This document shows positions 62,701-64,000 of a DNA stretch of 64,000 nucleotides, in pieces. The notes under the pieces are model-generated. The model did no database searches. It had not been told where the DNA came from and saw only the letters and a list, made by a program, of their open reading frames with translations. The translations under genes and the position numbers were made by a program. The number at the start of each line of letters is the position of its first letter. The first letter of the stretch is position 1. The DNA is from Fimbriosthenelais zetlandica (lineage: Eukaryota), in the NCBI GenBank assembly GCA_977030845.1, contig OZ365114.1, forward strand, positions 29,016,001 through 29,080,000, read 5' to 3'.

Positions 62701-63997
62701 AGGAATTGCTTGGAATTGTTTAGAAATATAGGGCCTAGGCCTTAGCTAGGGCCTAAGATACTTAGAACTAACGTTAGCCTATATGCTAGGCATCCTCAGA
62801 CCTCCTCACTTTTATTTTCTATTTAATGATCTGATCATTAATCATTAATTAAGTGGATATGTTATGCCTGAGACAGAGGTCTTCAGGTGTGTATTTAAAA
62901 TGTCATTAACATGATTGATTGATAAATGGTACATTTACTAAATTTATATTATTATACAATAAATATTACTGGGGAAGAAGAATCAAGGGACTATTATAAA
63001 TAGAATCCGCATGATTATACGACCATACATTTAATACTTATTAGTAATGGCACGGTACGTACTATTCCTAATATTTTAATACCTAATAATATCTACAATT
63101 ATCTACAATAATACCTAATAATATCTACAATTACCGCGTCCTTTAAGGAACTAAAAATAAAGATTAAAAATAACTCAAACACCAGTAACAAACATATAAA
63201 AATTATATAAATAAATATCTCAACTCTGTATATTGAAATAGAGATAAAATAAAAAATAGTAACGACAAAAATAAGTTTTTTGTCACACTGTTATTGGGTT
63301 TGACTTTTATGTGATGACAAGGATTGCTCGAGGTTTTAGATTAATGAAGTACGGTACCTGGTAAAGGGGGCTTTTAGGGGGAGGATCCGGGATTTTGGGA
63401 AGTAGAGGTATGTGTGGGAGGGGGGGGGGGGTGTGAAAAGAGGATCAGTCATGTGGACCATATAATTATTTTACCGACAAGAATTGATCTCGTTGAAAAA
63501 TTATCAGTAGACTCCTCGCGGTTACAGTATTTATGGTCATTACGTACTATCAGATTGAATACAAAGTCAAAGGGCCCAACACACGTGACTGCCATTCACT
63601 CATTGTCCATTTCCATTGTCAACTGACAACTGCTGAATCAACACCTTTTAGTTGATTCAGGTCTTCAACTTGAATATTAAGAACTTCTCAATTAATTTGA
63701 GTCTAAATATCAGGTATAAATATTTGCTTCGCCCCCAAACAAATGGGAAGCATCGCCCCCGCATCGGAGGCCTGGAACATTACTAGCCTAGGGCTAGGAA
63801 TAGGATGTAAATAGGGGTCCCATGGACCATGTGGATGTTTGCATCCAAGTTTGAACACAGGAAATCATACCCTCACCTCGCCTGTAAATAAAGAATCATA
63901 CCTGACAATATTATAAATCAGGGCTTCTCACCTTTCGTAAGGACTGGCAGTTCTCACAATATGAACTTGTTAGTATATCAGCGAGATTTTCCTCCAT
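37954..63997 (-). CDS. ICE1: Little elongation complex subunit 1 (ICE1)-like, 19 exons, ~2257 codons (one apparent in-frame TAA in exon 3)
   Basis: Exons 63997-63932, 54327-54257, 53992-53900, 53806-53743, 53606-53526, 53136-53027, 52788-52751, 47630-47508, 47089-46979, 46804-46689, 46378-41783, 41405-41220, 40820-40671, 40264-40176, 40052-40021, 39768-39643, 39292-39089, 38886-38701, 38285-37954; all phases are compatible. The N-terminus (CENCQSLRK...LKEKIIST...KKADEL plus coiled coil) and C-terminus (LCRIFTALCRQ...RVLLYDVIE...VWPGLL; WCWTNNVLTIELMWPQLQAW; IQTTALHALLRLAPFNP) match, from memory, the ICE1 pattern of CxxC-coiled coil / long disordered middle / helical C-terminal domain. Length is similar to vertebrate ICE1. 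Confidence 0.78.
43730..44092 (-). repeat. Coding 24-bp minisatellite (KASPPEAN x15) in the ICE1 large exon
   Basis: Visible in the 1493-aa ORF and as gcctcgggaggggaggcYttatt units in the DNA. Confidence 0.95.
47170..47250 (+). mobile_element. tRNA-derived SINE head (A box/B box)
   Basis: A-box-like AGTTGGTTAGAG and a perfect T-arm GTCGGGA-GTTCAA-TCCCGAC, but no proper acceptor or anticodon stems. Confidence 0.55.
47650..47830. repeat. (GAGT)n / (GAAT)n / (GGAA)n microsatellites
   Basis: Directly visible. Confidence 0.9.
49794..49996 (+). mobile_element. MITE family A copy, ICE1 intron 7
   Basis: tta|AGCAAGGTCTCCACTACTGCGATTTTGCTTGCGACAC ... GCAAGCAAAATCGCAGCAGTGGAGACCTGGCT|tta; exact TTA target duplication. 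Confidence 0.85.
50410..50970. repeat. (GA)n microsatellite-rich region
   Basis: Directly visible. Confidence 0.9.
51185..51325. other. Assembly gap (N run)
   Basis: Run of n. Confidence 1.
51658..52170 (+). CDS. Single-Ig-domain type I membrane protein, one coding exon, 170 aa, nested antisense in ICE1 intron 7
   Basis: The ORF has a signal peptide (MAAISPILFLPFLLLFFSPTTA), Ig hallmarks (LKVPC...LTWID...DTGLYVCKA), four N-glycosylation sequons, a TM helix and a short tail with YDKV. Possible 5'UTR acceptor at ~51580 and AATAAA at ~52720. Confidence 0.85.
   Translation: MAAISPILFLPFLLLFFSPTTAETAQKGEVQIRGQTNIRRAAGHRLKVPCETTLANTTLTWIDPQNEIITGNVSARIHMTDEFVLVLTVLEMNDTGLYVCKADTYNATLSLSVFVIPGYFVEGMVILIINACLLVIFSLCLLQACIRGRRNKEVYDKVNKGADDEEKRRI
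52150..52385. repeat. ~21-bp tandem repeat (gaggatttag...agaaaaca) starting inside the Ig gene stop region
   Basis: gaggattt recurs about every 21-22 bp, roughly 11 times; the first unit supplies R-I-TAG. Confidence 0.9.
54941..55355. repeat. 44-bp tandem array (9 copies) of a dispersed SINE-like core, ICE1 intron 1
   Basis: Unit gcctctcaccacagacagtgggagacatggctggccttttacat, followed by tatcccagttagtagcactggg. The same sequence is dispersed at ~7790, ~19450-19600, 24098-24240, ~39860-39930, ~40425-40520 and ~60060. Confidence 0.9.
56855..59253 (+). CDS. Cyclase-family metallohydrolase (kynurenine formamidase KynB / isatin hydrolase-like), paralog A, 5 coding exons, 285 aa, signal peptide and GPI-like tail
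   Basis: Exons 56855-57021, 57414-57607, 58159-58226, 58328-58447, 58945-59253 (858 nt, phases 2,1,0,0). EHTGTHMDVP (HxGTHxD metal motif), GRIPDGAIVFLKTG, HYPGF, PVH...GIENLANV, GGTGFPTRIMA. Likely 5'UTR exon ending at the donor near 55562 and acceptor at 56838. Confidence 0.9.
57857..58043 (-). mobile_element. MITE family A copy, cyclase A intron 2
   Basis: AGCCGGGACTCCACTGCTGC left end; interior ccagtggaggatggacttaagaccttggacac (reverse orientation); degraded right TIR. Confidence 0.75.
58480..58890. repeat. 74-bp minisatellite (~5.5 copies) in cyclase A intron 4
   Basis: Unit cactaaagcgaccatctcactatgtgaccactaaatgatcaaaaccaagtgttttaacaccactaagacatact. Confidence 0.92.
60131..62611 (+). 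CDS. Cyclase-family metallohydrolase (kynurenine formamidase KynB / isatin hydrolase-like), paralog B, 5 coding exons, 286 aa, signal peptide and GPI-like tail
   Basis: Exons 60131-60300, 60622-60815, 61486-61553, 61821-61940, 62303-62611 (861 nt). Exons 2-5 have the same lengths and phases as paralog A. EHTGTHMDAP, GRIPDGAIAFLNTG, HNPGF, PVH...GLENVANV. Likely 5'UTR donor at ~59864 and acceptor at ~60115. Confidence 0.9.
60836..61032 (+). mobile_element. MITE family A copy, cyclase B intron 2
   Basis: AGCCAGGTATCCACTGCTGCCATTTTGCTTGCGACAC ... GTGTCGCAAGCAAAATCGCAGCAGTGGAGTCCCGGCT|tta. Confidence 0.85.
61988..62135 (-). mobile_element. Degenerate MITE family A copy, cyclase B intron 4
   Basis: tccacctctgccattttgctc...caaaggtgatg...ccagtagaggccggccttaaggccttcaagacacttcaaccac matches family A segments, with deletions. 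Confidence 0.6.
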
Positions 63998-64000
63998 CTC

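Noticed and set aside
63877-63881. Possible 5-nt ICE1 micro-exon (tttacag|GCGAG|gtgagg)
   Set aside because: It needs a 50-nt intron, shorter than any other here, and shifts exon 2 into a stop-containing frame. It does not resolve the exon 3 stop.

Overview
Intron-rich animal (invertebrate-like) genomic DNA with one N-gap (51185-51325). There is no prokaryotic content and no CRISPR array. I rebuilt gene models by hand from GT-AG junctions and reading-frame phase. (1) A 6-exon NmrA-like/NMRAL1-type gene (+, 436-8715, 332 aa) with an N-terminal MGCKQTK acylation-type extension. (2) An 8-exon orphan type I membrane protein (+, 16229-28753, 303 aa). (3) A 6-exon, apparently non-coding spliced unit (-, ~32895-35875) with a duplicated exon, bracketed by CTCF-like motifs. 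(4) A 19-exon ICE1-like gene (little elongation complex subunit 1; -, 37954-63997, ~2257 codons) with a 4.6 kb repeat-rich exon, an apparent in-frame TAA in exon 3 and a duplicated last 3' splice site. Three + strand genes are nested antisense in the ICE1 introns: an Ig-TM gene with a single coding exon, and a tandem pair of secreted, probably GPI-anchored cyclase-family (kynurenine formamidase/isatin hydrolase-like) genes with patchy near-identity suggesting gene conversion. Introns and spacers hold many PIF/Harbinger-type MITEs (TTA/TAA target duplications), SINE-like fragments, minisatellites (some derived from mobile-element interiors) and GA/CT microsatellites. No database search or structure prediction was run; family assignments come from recalled motifs.
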